Below, in pieces: positions 52,425 to 64,000 of a DNA stretch of 64,000 nt. The first letter of the stretch is position 1; every line of letters begins with the position of its first letter. This DNA comes from Harriotta raleighana (taxonomy: Eukaryota), in NCBI GenBank assembly GCA_050575255.1, contig JBNZDD010013642.1:3545832-3609831 (forward strand), in the 5' to 3' direction. The notes beneath the pieces were generated by a model. That model was not told where the DNA came from. It did no database searches and worked only from the letters and a program-made list of their open reading frames with translations. The position numbers were made by a program, and so were the translations under genes.

Positions 52425-52714
52425 TTCATGTCAGGAGGATGGTGGAAGAGGAATAGACTTTTCAGGCACTGTATTTCAGGAACAAAATTATTGGAAAGAA
52501 AAGAAAACATTTTGAGATTAGTTCTGCTGCACATGAAAGTCAGCATAATTACTTTTAGATGAAAATGTAGCCTTTTAAAAAATAATTCAACAACAACTTG
52601 GATTTATATAGCGCCCTCCATGCTGGACAGCATCTCATCTCAGCTCAATTTTTCCTTAATACTGTACTTTATTAAAAAATTACTGGTTCCTCTGATAAAC
52701 ATGTAGGGCATTAT

Positions 52715-53005
52715 TTAACTTTTTATCTGTCTTTTGGATGAGACACTGAAATGAGGGCCTGTCTGACTGTTCAGGCAGATATTAAGGATCTTACAGCAAT
52801 ACTGGAGAAGAGGAGGTCATTTCTTGCCCAACAATCCTCCAGCTAAAATTGATTACTCGATCACTTCACGGATGTTTGAGGAACTTTTCTGTGTGCTAAT
52901 TGGCTGCTATGTTTGTCTACATCTAGAGGTCACTGCACTTTACAGTAATTGAGATGTTTTGATGACTTGATAATACGCTATATCAAATGCAAGGATTGTT
53001 AATAT
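52715..53005 (+). mobile_element. Old Deu-type SINE body and tail
   Basis: GTCTTTTGGATGAGACACTGAAATGAGGGCC, TGTGTGCTAATTGGCTGC, CGCTATATCAAATGCAAGGATT. Confidence 0.7.
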
Positions 53006-53276
53006 TGTCTTGAAAACATTTCTGATCCTCCTCTAGTTAAGTAATCGCAGTCAAAGCAGCACTTTAAAAGGAGCATTGCAACTGGCCTCAAAAGCATCAG
53101 GTACTAGCCCTGATTCATCTTGCCAACCACTGACCTCCACTGGAAGGTGGATGTCTATGTAAAATTTGGGTGAGAGTACAATCAGAATTGGTTGTGATTC
53201 GCCCCATGATTGAACAGTGTCCAAAATTCAATGTGACTTAATAGGCGCAATGTCTGCATACTACTGTACAAAACGT

Positions 53277-53726
53277 TGCTCCCCCATTATCCCAGTCCTT
53301 GCCAGACTTCACTGGCTCCCTATCCCAGAGAGGATCGATTTCAAGATCCTCATCCTTGTCTTCAAATCCCTCCACTCCTCTGCATCCCCCCAATCTCTCT
53401 GATCTCCTCTCTCCTCAAACTAGCACCCATTGCCTTCACTTCCCTGGGTCTGGTCTCCTACATGTCCCCTGAATCTTCCGCTCCACCCTTGGCGGCCGTG
53501 CCTTCAGCCACTATGCCCCGAGGCTCTGGAATTCCCTTCCTCACTCCCTTCACCTAGCCCACTTTTCCCAGCTTCAGGTTCCAGCTGAAGATCTTTCTCT
53601 TTGACTGCGCCTTTGGTCACCTTTCTACCCTTGCCCCTGGCTCAGTCCCGGGATCCACTATTGTGAAGCGCTCTGAGAGGCCATCCAGCATGGGGGGGCA
53701 CTATATAAATTGAAGTTGTTGTTGTT
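53277..53726 (+). mobile_element. L2 LINE 3' fragment
   Basis: SPIIPVLARLHWLPIPERIDFKILILVFKSLH, 3' UTR and (GTT)n tail. Confidence 0.93.
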
Positions 53727-53986
53727 CAATGAAACTCTGATAACTTGCACCTGGGATAAGTCGCCAAAACCATGTAACTCGCCACTCACTCAATATTCCA
53801 GATATTTCCCATGAAATGTTTTAATTATGATTCTCGGATAATTCATGGCCCTGAATATCTCATAATACACCAAGTTTGAGGCATTTTAAGATTTTATTTC
53901 CGTGTTGTGTGTTGTGTATCTCTGATGACTCGTCTTTCAGTCACTAAGTGACATTTTCTTATTGGACTTCCTCCATCATGAGGAAC

Positions 53987-54152
53987 GTATAAGTCATAAA
54001 TCACGTTTTGATTTTCGCACGCTCCAACACAACATGGCTAGCAGAAGGAGAAAGGTTGGTTAGTAAGAATCCCAAATCCTGTTTTGCTTTTCATGCTCCC
54101 CACCACGTGGGGTGGGCGAGCGCCAAAATCAAAACTGGATTTGGAATCTATA
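53987..54152. repeat. Imperfect ~165-bp palindrome, MITE-like
   Basis: AAATCACGTTTTGATTTTCGC vs reverse complement AAATCCAGTTTTGATTTTGGC; outer GTATA/TATAC; partial inner pairing. Confidence 0.55.
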
Positions 54153-54698
54153 CCTATCAGTCTTCCTCCTCCACTTAACCTCAGCCAGACACACCGAGTG
54201 GCGTGGAGTTAAAATTGTTCCCTTTTCTGTGACCTAATTTTTATATTTGTGTCATCTTTGCTCTGCATTGTTCTATCAGCTCGCTTGCAGTTTATGGATC
54301 CTTGCAATTAATGTAAACCATTCAGTTTCTTGGATTTATGTATCAGGCTATTGTAAATGTCTTCAAGATGTCTTTAAGTATTTGGGCTGAAAAAAGGAAA
54401 AAAACAAAATTGGGAACTTCTTTGCCTGCTCTAATTCAAATACTTCATACTTTTGAGATACTGTACTTTGGATACTATACTAGGCTTCACAAGATATATT
54501 GTGAAATGCAATGACTGTGTAGATAAACATGACAGTTAATTTGTACGCAACAATGTCCCATAAACAATATTAAAAATAAACGATTCATTTTACATGAGGA
54601 TTATTGGCCATGAGAAACTTGTTTGATGAACAATGTTGACCGGGTGAATGAATCTGAATGATACAGAGCTTCCGAAGCTCAAACTAGCTTTTGTAAAG

Positions 54699-55076
54699 AA
54701 TAATAATAATAATTGCTTTTTATTTAGCACCTTATCACAGCGCTTCACAGAATATACTGTAAAGTGAATTGACTGTATGTTTTGTGGGCAAAGTGTTACA
54801 GCCAATTACACACCACAGTGTCCCAAAGACTGTCGTGGATTAAGTGACCAATTTTTTTGGGGAGGGATTATTACCTCCGTAAAAGGCATTTTACTGCTAG
54901 ATAAACAAAGTGGAGTAAGTAAACTTGCCCAATGTTTCACCCTGCCGGGATTAAACTGGGTTCTCTTGCTTGCGGGGGGAATAAAAATAATGTAATAATC
55001 CTTGCATTTGATATAACACTTTATCACATCTTCGAGGCATCTCAAAGTGTTCTAACCACTAAGCTACAGGACTCCA
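54699..55076 (-). mobile_element. tRNA-derived SINE with a second SINE tail inserted in its head (~54980-55048)
   Basis: Tail, core, AAACTTGCCCAA; head split by ATAATCCTTGCATTTGATATAACAC..CATCTCAAAG. Confidence 0.8.
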
Positions 55077-57419
55077 TATGTGGTGGCGACGATGGTGTGA
55101 ATAAGGGTTTCGGCAATGCAAATAGTGATGGAGGGAGGCAATATTATGGTGGTGGAAGAAAGCAGAGCAGAGTTGATCAAAAATAAAATAATATTCCATG
55201 CACTTGCCTTTGTATTTGTATGAGGTGGAGTCATTTCTGGTTGCCTGTGATTGAGTTACATTGGAGGGAAGAGATGGAGTGAATATCCCCAGGAGATAGT
55301 TGTATTATTTGCCCAGGATATGTCATTGGAAGGCAAGCACTGAGCGTTGTTTACCTGATATAAAGTTCTCTTGTTACAAGTTACTAATGTAAGATTTTTG
55401 ATTTGTTTAGCTCCAGCTAGGGTCATGACATAATTTAGTCATGCAGTGGTTATATTAATTATCATTTCTGTGGATGGTTAAAGGAATTAAACATTATTGA
55501 GATAACTAACCCTAGTTTTGTTTATTAATCTTCATCCTGATAATCATTAATCGTTCAAATAGATAATAATGATCATTAAATTCCTCTTTATGACACAAAT
55601 TGCATCCACTGTTATAACTCTTCAAACTTATGCTCATCTGATAGATTTAACTAATGGCAGCCTGTCTCCCAGTTGTCGGAAAAAACTAATGTGTTCATTT
55701 TCTTTACGAACTGTACTATCTTGTCTCTATTTTTGCAAAAACAAGAAGTGACACTAATCAAAACTGGTATCATTACTATATATAAAGAAGATCAAAAATG
55801 AAAACTAAAGCTACCTTTAGTGGATAACGGGATTAATGGCAATGTTATCAATTAAGTTGAACAGAAGGCAGTTCAACAGAACTCTTACTTTTGTCTCCTT
55901 ATTAATGACATTGCTGCCTTCAAGCAATGAACTCAACAAAACATGGGGCTGCAATAAGCCTTCTCAAATATACTGTTGTAATAATAATATGGTACATCCC
56001 GCAGGGAACAATACATTCCTTTCATCTTTTAATTCTTATTATTATAGCTTTAAAATATGTCTCCTGACCCCAGATCACCTGTGAGTACCCCAAGAGCTAA
56101 TGTTATTAACCTATCATTAACTATAGATTTATATTGGATGACAGAAGAGCACAAAACTGGCCCATTGACCTTCTTATGACTAAATCTAGTGCAAGATAAC
56201 AGCAGGAGGTTATGCAACATCAATTCAACATTCCTCATCTGCTTATGAATAAAATGTAAACAGCAGTTATCACAAAGGGGTATACCCATGAAACTGACTG
56301 TTGCTTTTGTGTATGTTACAAAACATACATCCGCTCATTGTGCAATGATTTAGGAGCCACAATCCATGCCTTCAAAAAGACCAATCGCATCTGTTCCTTT
56401 GAATCAATAATCTCTTAGAATATATTAGAATTCTTTTAAGTGAAAGGGACCATATAAATACAAGTTCTTGCATGGAGAACACATTGATGCCTTAAATAAA
56501 TGCTTCCCTCAGGTCGAAATTACTGCACCATATCAGAAATAGTTCAAACTCCACACACTAACATTTTTGTTGATGGCTTAACCACAACTCAAAGAATACG
56601 AGTTAGAAAATTAAACGTTTATGAAATTTCTGTCATTTTGTCTCCCACCTCCAGCAGTATAAGTGAAGAGAAAATGCCAATAGAAAAGGTTTCATTAAAT
56701 TATTTGTGATTCACCTTTTTTTTCACAAAAAAACAAATGCGTTTCATAATCAAAGTGTTTTTGTAAAAAGTTTAAAAACTGCAATGTCGAGAATACAGTT
56801 CTGCAATTTTTTTTCTTCCATAGTTGTGTATGCACTCCAGGATGCTACCCCTATATAAATGCAAATTGGTGTTGTTGTTGTTGTGTATTGCCGCATGTCT
56901 CAACACTTTGATTAACTTTCAATAATTGTCAATGAACAGTGCACTTTTTGTGTTAATTCTGTTCCACCTAATTACATTAAGGCTATTATTAAGATGCAGT
57001 GTTCGGTCTAGTTTAGCAAAGCCAAGATCAGATAATCAGTTATTGGTGCCAAAGTAATGCTTCTTTTTATTTCTTTGCATCTTGTGTATAGAATGTCCTT
57101 TGTATTGGATTTGATGGTAGGCTAAAAATAGGTATTCATCCTTTCCTGACAAATTGTTACAACCTGTTACACAAAAATGTTAAACAGTTTTCAGCCAGTT
57201 GAGCACCTCTTGGGACCAAAAGCTTCTGGATTTCTGCTGAATCCAGTCAGACCTTCACTTTTTGAGGTCAGTGAAATGAGTACCATGTTCAACAGACATT
57301 CTCATTGAGCGTGCCGGGAGAGGGAGGGCAGAGCTAAGTGGAGTCACCCTGAAATTGTACCAGCTATAGGAAATTCACAAACCGGCAGGGCAGTGTTTGT
57401 AGTTGAGCCATTTGCTCAA

Positions 57420-57730
57420 TAAAATATAACAATCATTACAATTGATATAATGCCTTTAACGGTGGGTGTATGTCTCAAAGTTTTTCACAACATACACAAG
57501 GAAGTGTTTTGACTGTATTTTCCGTAGATGAACGCAGTAGCCAGTTTATGCAAAGCAATGTCCCACAAACAGCCACAAAGTGAATAACCATTATTACCGT
57601 TTTATCTTTAATGTCTCATTCACTGACCATATAGTACACTCCAGCGTTGCACCAGACTATATGAATTCAAAGTCACAGCATGGGCTTCAACCACAACCTT
57701 CTGGCTGAGAATGTTACACATTGAGTCAGA
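57420..57730 (-). mobile_element. Old Deu-type SINE, degraded
   Basis: GTAGCCAGTTTATGCAAAGCAATGTCCCACAAAC core; CCACAACCTTCTGGCTGAGA head. Confidence 0.6.
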
Positions 57731-58934
57731 TTGTCACAGATTATTGAGACTTTAGAACAATCAATTTAGAATATAATTTAACCAATTCTAAATTTAGTTC
57801 CAATGGTCTTATCAAATGCACTTATTATTTAGAATAATAATCCTTATAATCCTTGAATTTGATGTAGCGCAATTTATATATATACTGTATATAAATTTAG
57901 AATTTGTCAATTCAAGTACTTAAATAACTCTGAAAGACAAAGGCCTGACAAGTACAGGGATTAACTAGGCTGCTCGGTTGACAATTACTACTTGCACTAA
58001 TGGTAACACAAATTAAAGCTGTGAAAATTTCTGTTCAGAATGTTTGTATCAACAATGTTATCACAAACATTACAACTGTGATAGTGAAGACCTTTGCCAT
58101 AGCATTGACAGAATTGGTCTGCATCTGTTTCAAGACCTCATCCAAGGTGAAAGGTGTTATGTAATGGCACATTATCTTTGTTGTTGCATCCTAATACACA
58201 CTCAAACACATAAATAATCATACAGATATGTGTTGGAGTTCAGTGTAATGCTCTTAATTGCAGTTGGAGAAAAAGATTGGTCTCCTCACAAGACTGGAAA
58301 ATCAGAGTTATTTATAGGCAAATGCACCTCTAAAGCAATATCTCTTTCTAGCTCATGTTTGTTTAAAACCAAAACTTGTAGTGAAGAGTAGTCTTTTGTG
58401 GAACGTTTGCTGTGTATTTCCTTAGCAGACAGACATTTTGGGAGAACAGATGTACTCCACTGATATCAGCTACAACAAATCTGTCTGGCAATGAGAACAA
58501 GGGTCAGCATAATTCATATTGCTAGATGCTAATTAGTATCCGAGATTTGCCAAGTTTAGCTGTGTTCACAGGTAACCAACATCAAATCTTGCGCTGGTTT
58601 AAGAAATGCGTTTTTAAGAAACGCAGCTCGCAATTGGCACCCGGAAACAGAAGCCACACTAATCATAGTTCTGCATGCCAGATGTTCCCACTATTAAGAG
58701 GCATTGCTAATATCAGAACAGTTCATCTCATCTCCTGGTCTGGGGAACACTGGAAACCTATCACTCTTTAAAGATGGACTTAAAAAAAACAACTAACTTG
58801 AACTGAAAAAAGCATAGAAAGCTTCAGATTGTTCATGAACAGCTCTTTTCTTCCATTGAAGGATAATGCTGTACACCTATGAGTTGCTGGCTATTGGATT
58901 TAGCTGGTTAATCTCCAGCAGCACCCTAATACTT

Positions 58935-59250
58935 TGTAGGCAAAACAGGGCAAACAATTGCACCACAGTAGTGTCCAACAAACAGTCATGGATTGAGTGA
59001 CCAATTTTTTTTTTTTTCTTGAGGAATTATTATTAGGCATGTGGAGTAAGGAAAGTTGACCAAGGAACAAAAACAGAAATTGCTGGAAACACTCAGCAGG
59101 TCAGGCAGTAACTATGGAGAAAGGAAAGTGAGTTAAACTTTCGGGTCCACAACCCTTCATCAAAACTTGCCCAAGTTTTCACCCTGCTGGGAACCAAACC
59201 CAGGTTTCTCGCTTGCAAGGCGTGTTCTAACCACTGAGCTACAGGATTCA
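58935..59250 (-). mobile_element. tRNA-derived SINE interrupted by a ~100-bp insertion
   Basis: Core and GTGGAGTAAGGAAAGTTGACCAAG before the insertion; AAACTTGCCCAAG..CTAACCACTGAGCTACAGGA after it. Confidence 0.85.
59065..59162 (-). mobile_element. Penelope-like element terminal (pLTR) fragment with a degenerate hammerhead ribozyme motif
   Basis: AAAACAGAAATTGCTGGAAACACTCAGCAGGTCAGGCAG..; minus strand TTGATGA-A-GGGT-TGTGG-ACCC-GAAA; flanked by a 13-bp imperfect duplication. Confidence 0.55.
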
Positions 59251-59534
59251 GTGCACATTCTTCACACCCAAAGACTACCTGTACCTAATATCTCTAAAAT
59301 TAGGTAAACAGGGTATGTGCCTCTTAGGAGAGAAAGAACGAAATTCAATTCCATACACAGGGAAATCTCCAACTCTAGGTGACTCACATGGGGAACTCTC
59401 AGTCTGATTTGGATATCCTTAAACATGGTGATGGTTTTCCGTATGTAATTTTCCGACAACGGGCTGACAAAGGAAATATCTGCAGGAAAGTTAAGCATCT
59501 CCATATATATTAAAATTAATATATTTATCATTAA

Positions 59535-59800
59535 GGGCCTTACAAGCATGAGACCTGTGTTCCAGCTAGGGCAAGAGCTTGGGAAAGTGTCCTCACTCCA
59601 CATGCCTGATAATAATCCCTATAAAAAAAATTGCTAATTTCACTCCACAACTGTTTGTGTACAACTGCTGTGCACAATTGGCACTGCTGCATTTTGCCCA
59701 CAAATAAAGTCAATTCACTTTACAGTATATTCTGTGAAGCACTTTGAGATGTCTAGAATAAGTGAAAAGTGCTATATCAAATGCAAAGATTTATTATTTA
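59535..59800 (+). mobile_element. tRNA-derived SINE
   Basis: GAGACCTGTGTTCCAG, CTTGGGAAAGTGTCCTCACTCCAC, core, tail GCTATATCAAATGCAAAGATTTATTATT. Confidence 0.85.
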
Positions 59801-60250
59801 AATGTAATGGTGATGCGTAATGGGTTTGTATTATCTAATATCACCACGTCAAAATATTATTTTTGAATACAGTATGATGACAAAGTGAACAGACCTATAC
59901 TAATATAAAAGGCTGAAAAGCTCTCTCCAGACTAAAAATTTCCATGTGTAAGGAAGAAGTAGTGTGAACTGTTCTCAAACTAATTGTTTATTTAAAAAAA
60001 AGAAACTCTAGCCAGACAAGCACTGATAATTTAACTTCAATAGATCTGCGAGTTTTTGGATATCGCTCAGCATTGCACTTAATAGGGTTAAATAATTGAT
60101 TAATAATCAATTAGGCCTTCTGCTATTAACAGATTTGGCAGTTGATTAAATATCTGGCAATCACTTAGAGTATAGAAGAGATATGCTTCATTAATAATGG
60201 AAGGCCTGAAAGTATACTAGAGCTATTCACAATTTACAAGAAGTTTATAA

Positions 60251-60652
60251 AAATAATAATCCTTGCATAGTGCCTTAGAATGTGAGAAGGACGTGTAAGA
60301 GCTTCACAGGATTTACTGTGAAAATGGAGTGACTGTGTAATTGCACACAGCATTGTCCCACAAACATTCAGAGTTAGTGACCAATTTTATTTGGGGGATT
60401 GTTGGCCAGAACACCGGAAGGAACTCACTTCTCTTTTCAAATAGGGGCATTTGGAAAGAACGCCTCAACAAGGGGCCAAGACATTGATTTAACATTTCAT
60501 TCAAAGGCAGCATTTCTGACTATGCAGAATACCCCAGTACTGCTTTGGATTACAAATTTAGACCATGTGAGTTCAAATCCCAATATGAGAATTGAACTCA
60601 CAAGATCCATTCTGAGTTAAAGGTGAGACCACTACCACTGAGTCAAGCTGAC
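60251..60652 (-). mobile_element. Old Deu-type SINE
   Basis: Tail, TTGCACACAGCATTGTCCCACAAAC core, GATTTAACATTTCATTCAAAGGCAGCA, head ACCACTGAGTCAAGCTGAC. Confidence 0.7.
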
Positions 60653-61839
60653 GCAAGTTAGACTGTAAAATAGATCCTAATTTCCTGTATTAAAAATCTA
60701 CAATCTTGGAAACCGAATAACTTGAAAAACAAAATCGATATTCGAAATTCATTTATATCTGGCTTCTAACATGGATTATTAACTGCATTTGATGAAACCT
60801 CTATTGTGTTCTGCAATGAATACTCAGTTTTCGTGCCTCACTTTTTCAGATGGAAACAATTTCAGGCAGAATGAGACCATCAGTCCATCGAGCCAACCCA
60901 CTCTTAGTCATCTTATTTGTTTAGAAAAGCTGACTACTGTGCAAAACAAAAGTCAAAACTGAGGAAAGTTACACTACTTAAAAATCAGAATTGCAACGTA
61001 TTTAGTCACTGAGTCTGAAAAAGACTTAAACATTGGATAAATGTATTATTACTATAATTACCTCTTATATAAAGACTGTCATATTAAAACTATTGAAAAT
61101 ACAAGAGAAAAGAAGTAATTATGACTAATGGATCTGAAGTGTGTCAAAATGGGGAGTTATTAACCTGTCAGTGCATACTCTAAACTGTTAAGGTGTCAGG
61201 TTGAGTTGCAGAAAAGCAAATTATTCTAAAAACTCAAAGCCGTTCAGGAAAAAGGAACCCACTTCTGTGGAAATTGGTGTCGTTCTGTGTCAGATTAAGA
61301 AACTTGGTCCCAAAATAACTGGGACATTCCATGCTTTGCTTTATTCATCAGCAACAGATATGTGTCTCCAATTTTCAGGTTTTTGTTTACGTAAGGGCAC
61401 AAATGGTTATAAGGTAGCAAAAGCATCACGATAAAAGGTGTAATAGCAGTTAATGGCTAAATGGTTTCCATTACTACTGGTAATAAATGAGCACTTATAG
61501 GCAATCACAACTAAGGTGGCTAAGAAATTCACATTAATACCGGTTATTTTCTTTAAATGCAGTGCAACAGTGATTTTAGGGTGAAAAACAATTTTAGGAG
61601 ATCCATTTTTTCATAGTTAAAGTATATGACATGTCATGTTGAATAGTGTCTAACCAATGTTTTGTTTCTGTGGTGAAGAAAATCAATGGTGCTATGGAAA
61701 ATGTGAGCTGTTATACTGCATTTATAAATGGAGAATTAGCTTGCAGCATTAGGAACAAACTGCCCAACTTTAAAATGATCAGCAAAGTGAAAATCTTTGA
61801 GAGAACTGGGTCTAATTTGGTCTTTTTTTTTTTAACATA

Positions 61840-62210
61840 TTGGGTTTAATTCCCAGCAGTGCGAAATCTTGGGCAAGTTTCCTTACTCCACATGCCTCTG
61901 TTTTCCTAGCAGTAAGTAGGAACCCAGTTGTCAGTTGTTTGGTGGATGGCTTTTCCAGGGGTAGAAAGCCACTCCCATTGCCGAAAGGAGTGCCCATTTC
62001 CATGACTTGATTTGGTTATGGAAGAAATACTGCAAAACCCTTAACTACAGCCGACAACAACAACCTGCACTCATATAGTTTGTGTGTTTTGCCCACAAAT
62101 ATGCAGTCAATTTGCTTTATTTTGTATTTCTGTGAAGCACTTTGAGACATTTGGAAAACCTAAAAAGCCCTATACTAAATGCAAGGACTGTTACTATTAT
62201 CATTATTATT
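61840..62210 (+). mobile_element. SINE head/central segment plus SINE tail (composite, degraded)
   Basis: GGGTTTAATTCCC, TTGGGCAAGTTTCCTTACTCCACATGCCTCTGTTTTCCTAGCAGTAAGTAGG; tail 62085-62210. Confidence 0.7.
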
Positions 62211-62368
62211 ATAGTGTCCTTCTCAAAGGATAACACCTCACCACGGTTCACTTTGTTCTGCATTAAACAAATGCACAAGGGAAAGCCGAGAGGGGAAAGG
62301 AAAACTGTCAGGATTGTTGAATAGTTAGGTTTTTAGGCAGGATTTAAAGACTGAGAGGGATGAGGTGA

Positions 62369-63213
62369 AATCACAGAATCATAGAAGGTTACGGCACAGA
62401 AGGAGGCCATTCGGCCCATCGAGTCTGTGTCGGCTCTTTGACAGAGCAATGTCACTTTCATTAACCCAATCACCAGCTTTCTCCCCATAACCCTGCAATC
62501 CCGTCTTCCCCAGATACCTATCCAGTTCTCTCTTAAAAGCTGCTATCGAATCAGACCTCACTACCCTTTCAGGCAGATCATTCCAAATTCGAACAACTCT
62601 CTGAGTGAAAAAAATTCTTCTAACCTCCCCTCTGCTTCTTTTGGTAGATATCTTAAGACTGTGATCACGGGTCACAGCCACACCTACCAGCGGAAACAGC
62701 TTTTCCCTATCTAGCCTGTCGAAACCTTTCATGATCTTGAAGACCTCTATCAGGTCTCCGTGTAATCTTCTCTGCTCTAATGGGAAAAGTCCTAACTTCT
62801 CCAGCTTGTCCTCATAGCTAAGGTTCCCCATTCCTGGAATTATTCTTGTGAATCACCTCTGCACCCTTTCCAGTGCCTTAATGTCCTTCCTGAAGTAAGG
62901 TGCCCAGAACTGGATGCAGTACTCCAGCTGAGGCCTAACCAGTGTTTTGTACAAATTAAGCATAACTTCCCCACTCTTAAACTCTATGCCCCTACTAATA
63001 AAGCTCAATACACTAAATGCCTTTTTTACTGCCTTATCTACCTGCCCTGCTATCTTTAATGATTCACTTACTTGAATACCCAGATCTCTCTGTACGTTCA
63101 CCCCCCTTAAGATTGAGCTTCCAAGACTATATTGCCTCCTATCATTTTTCCTACCTAAGTTTATGACCTCACACTTATCCACATTGAAATCCATCTGCCA
63201 CATGTCAGCCCAT
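62369..63213 (-). mobile_element. 5'-truncated, relatively young CR1 LINE (ORF2 C-terminus + tail) nested in an older L2 remnant
   Basis: WQMDFNVDKC..RDLGIQV..LYKTLVRPQLEYCIQFWAP..ALERVQR*FTR..LGLFPLEQRRLHGDLIEVFKIMKG..FFTQRVVRIWNDLP; single in-frame stop; AATCACAGAATCATAGAA tail; L2-like text on both flanks. Confidence 0.96.
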
Positions 63214-63496
63214 TACAATGGAGGGACAGAAGGAGGGATTTCCAAAGCTTAGGAGCCTAGTAACTGTAGGCTCCAGTTGAATCCTAACCGTGATAGTAAC
63301 AATGGAGGTGATGTTCTATAAGTAGGTGATAGCTCCCATACATTTAACACTCAGTGTCATCAGTGTTCCTTGTGAATGAAGGTTCACACATGACTTGATA
63401 ATGGCCATAAAATATAATAAAATACTAAAATAAAATATCAAATGCAAGAATCATTATTATTTATTAAAAATCGGCCAGAGAAACACAAATTCTATA

Positions 63497-64000
63497 GTAA
63501 TAATACTTTAATTTATATAGCGCTTTCCACATCTTATCGACGTCCCAAAGCGCTTTACAGAATACGACAGCGTCCCAAAGTAGGGACCAGAGCCGGGGGG
63601 GTGTGGGAGTGGGGGAGGGGTCGGGGTAGGGAGAAAAAAGGGGGAAGAAAGGGGGGAAAAGGGTAGGGACCAGAGCAGGGGGGAGTGGTTGTGGTAATGG
63701 GAAGGAGCAGGAAAATTGACTGTATACTTGTGGGAGAAACGCGGCAGCCAAATTGCGCACAGCAGTGTCCCACAAACAGTCATGGAAGTGAGGGGGCCAA
63801 GGATGAAAGGGGAAATGAGGATAAGGGAAGGGGTCAGGGTAGGGGGAAGAGAGCAGGAAAACCAGGTGTATATTTGGGAGTGAAACGCGGCAGCCAAATT
63901 GCGCACGGGAGTGTCCCACAAACAGACACGGAAATGGGGCCGGGGGAGAAAGCGGGAAAAGATGGCAAGAGGGAGTTATAGAGTTATATAAGATGCCAGT
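63497..64000 (-). repeat. Composite repeat: L2/SINE-type 3' tail + purine tracts + two tandem SINE core modules
   Basis: Tail TTTATATAGCGCTTTCCACATCTTATCGACGTCCCAAAGCGCTTTACAG; core GAAACGCGGCAGCCAAATTGCGCAC..GTGTCCCACAAACAG within 63705-63787 and 63851-63933. Confidence 0.75.

Noticed and set aside
1-64000. CRISPR arrays, operons, rRNA or other prokaryote-type systems
   Set aside because: No regularly spaced repeat-spacer array, no gene-dense coding sequence, no rRNA-like sequence; the recurring motifs are dispersed SINE/LINE tails

Overview
AT-rich vertebrate genomic DNA, very probably a cartilaginous fish (chimaera/shark-type L2, CR1, Tx1 and tRNA/Deu-type SINE repertoire; taxon is inference). 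I recognise no host protein-coding exon or RNA gene, so it looks like a large intron or gene desert. All convincing protein signal is from decayed transposons: a full-length, TSD-flanked Tx1-clade LINE (35265-41840, minus; ORF1 with three CCHC knuckles, APE+RT ORF2, nested L2), L2 and CR1 fragments, and a hAT/ZBED-type transposase relic. There are also about 20 SINE copies and several TA-flanked Tc1/mariner(Tigger)-type MITEs. Two duplications joined by a single N (2640 bp and about 70 bp) are probably assembly artefacts. Worth a second look: a promoter-like motif cluster with a perfect splice donor just upstream of the Tx1, a composite SINE-core/purine-tract repeat at both window ends, a relic Penelope-type hammerhead motif, long fold-back hairpins, a consensus CTCF site and several repeat-free TAAT-rich islands that look like conserved enhancers. 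I cannot support a claim of a new biological system from the sequence alone. Repeat family names come from recalled consensus sequences, not from a search, and boundaries of decayed repeats are approximate.
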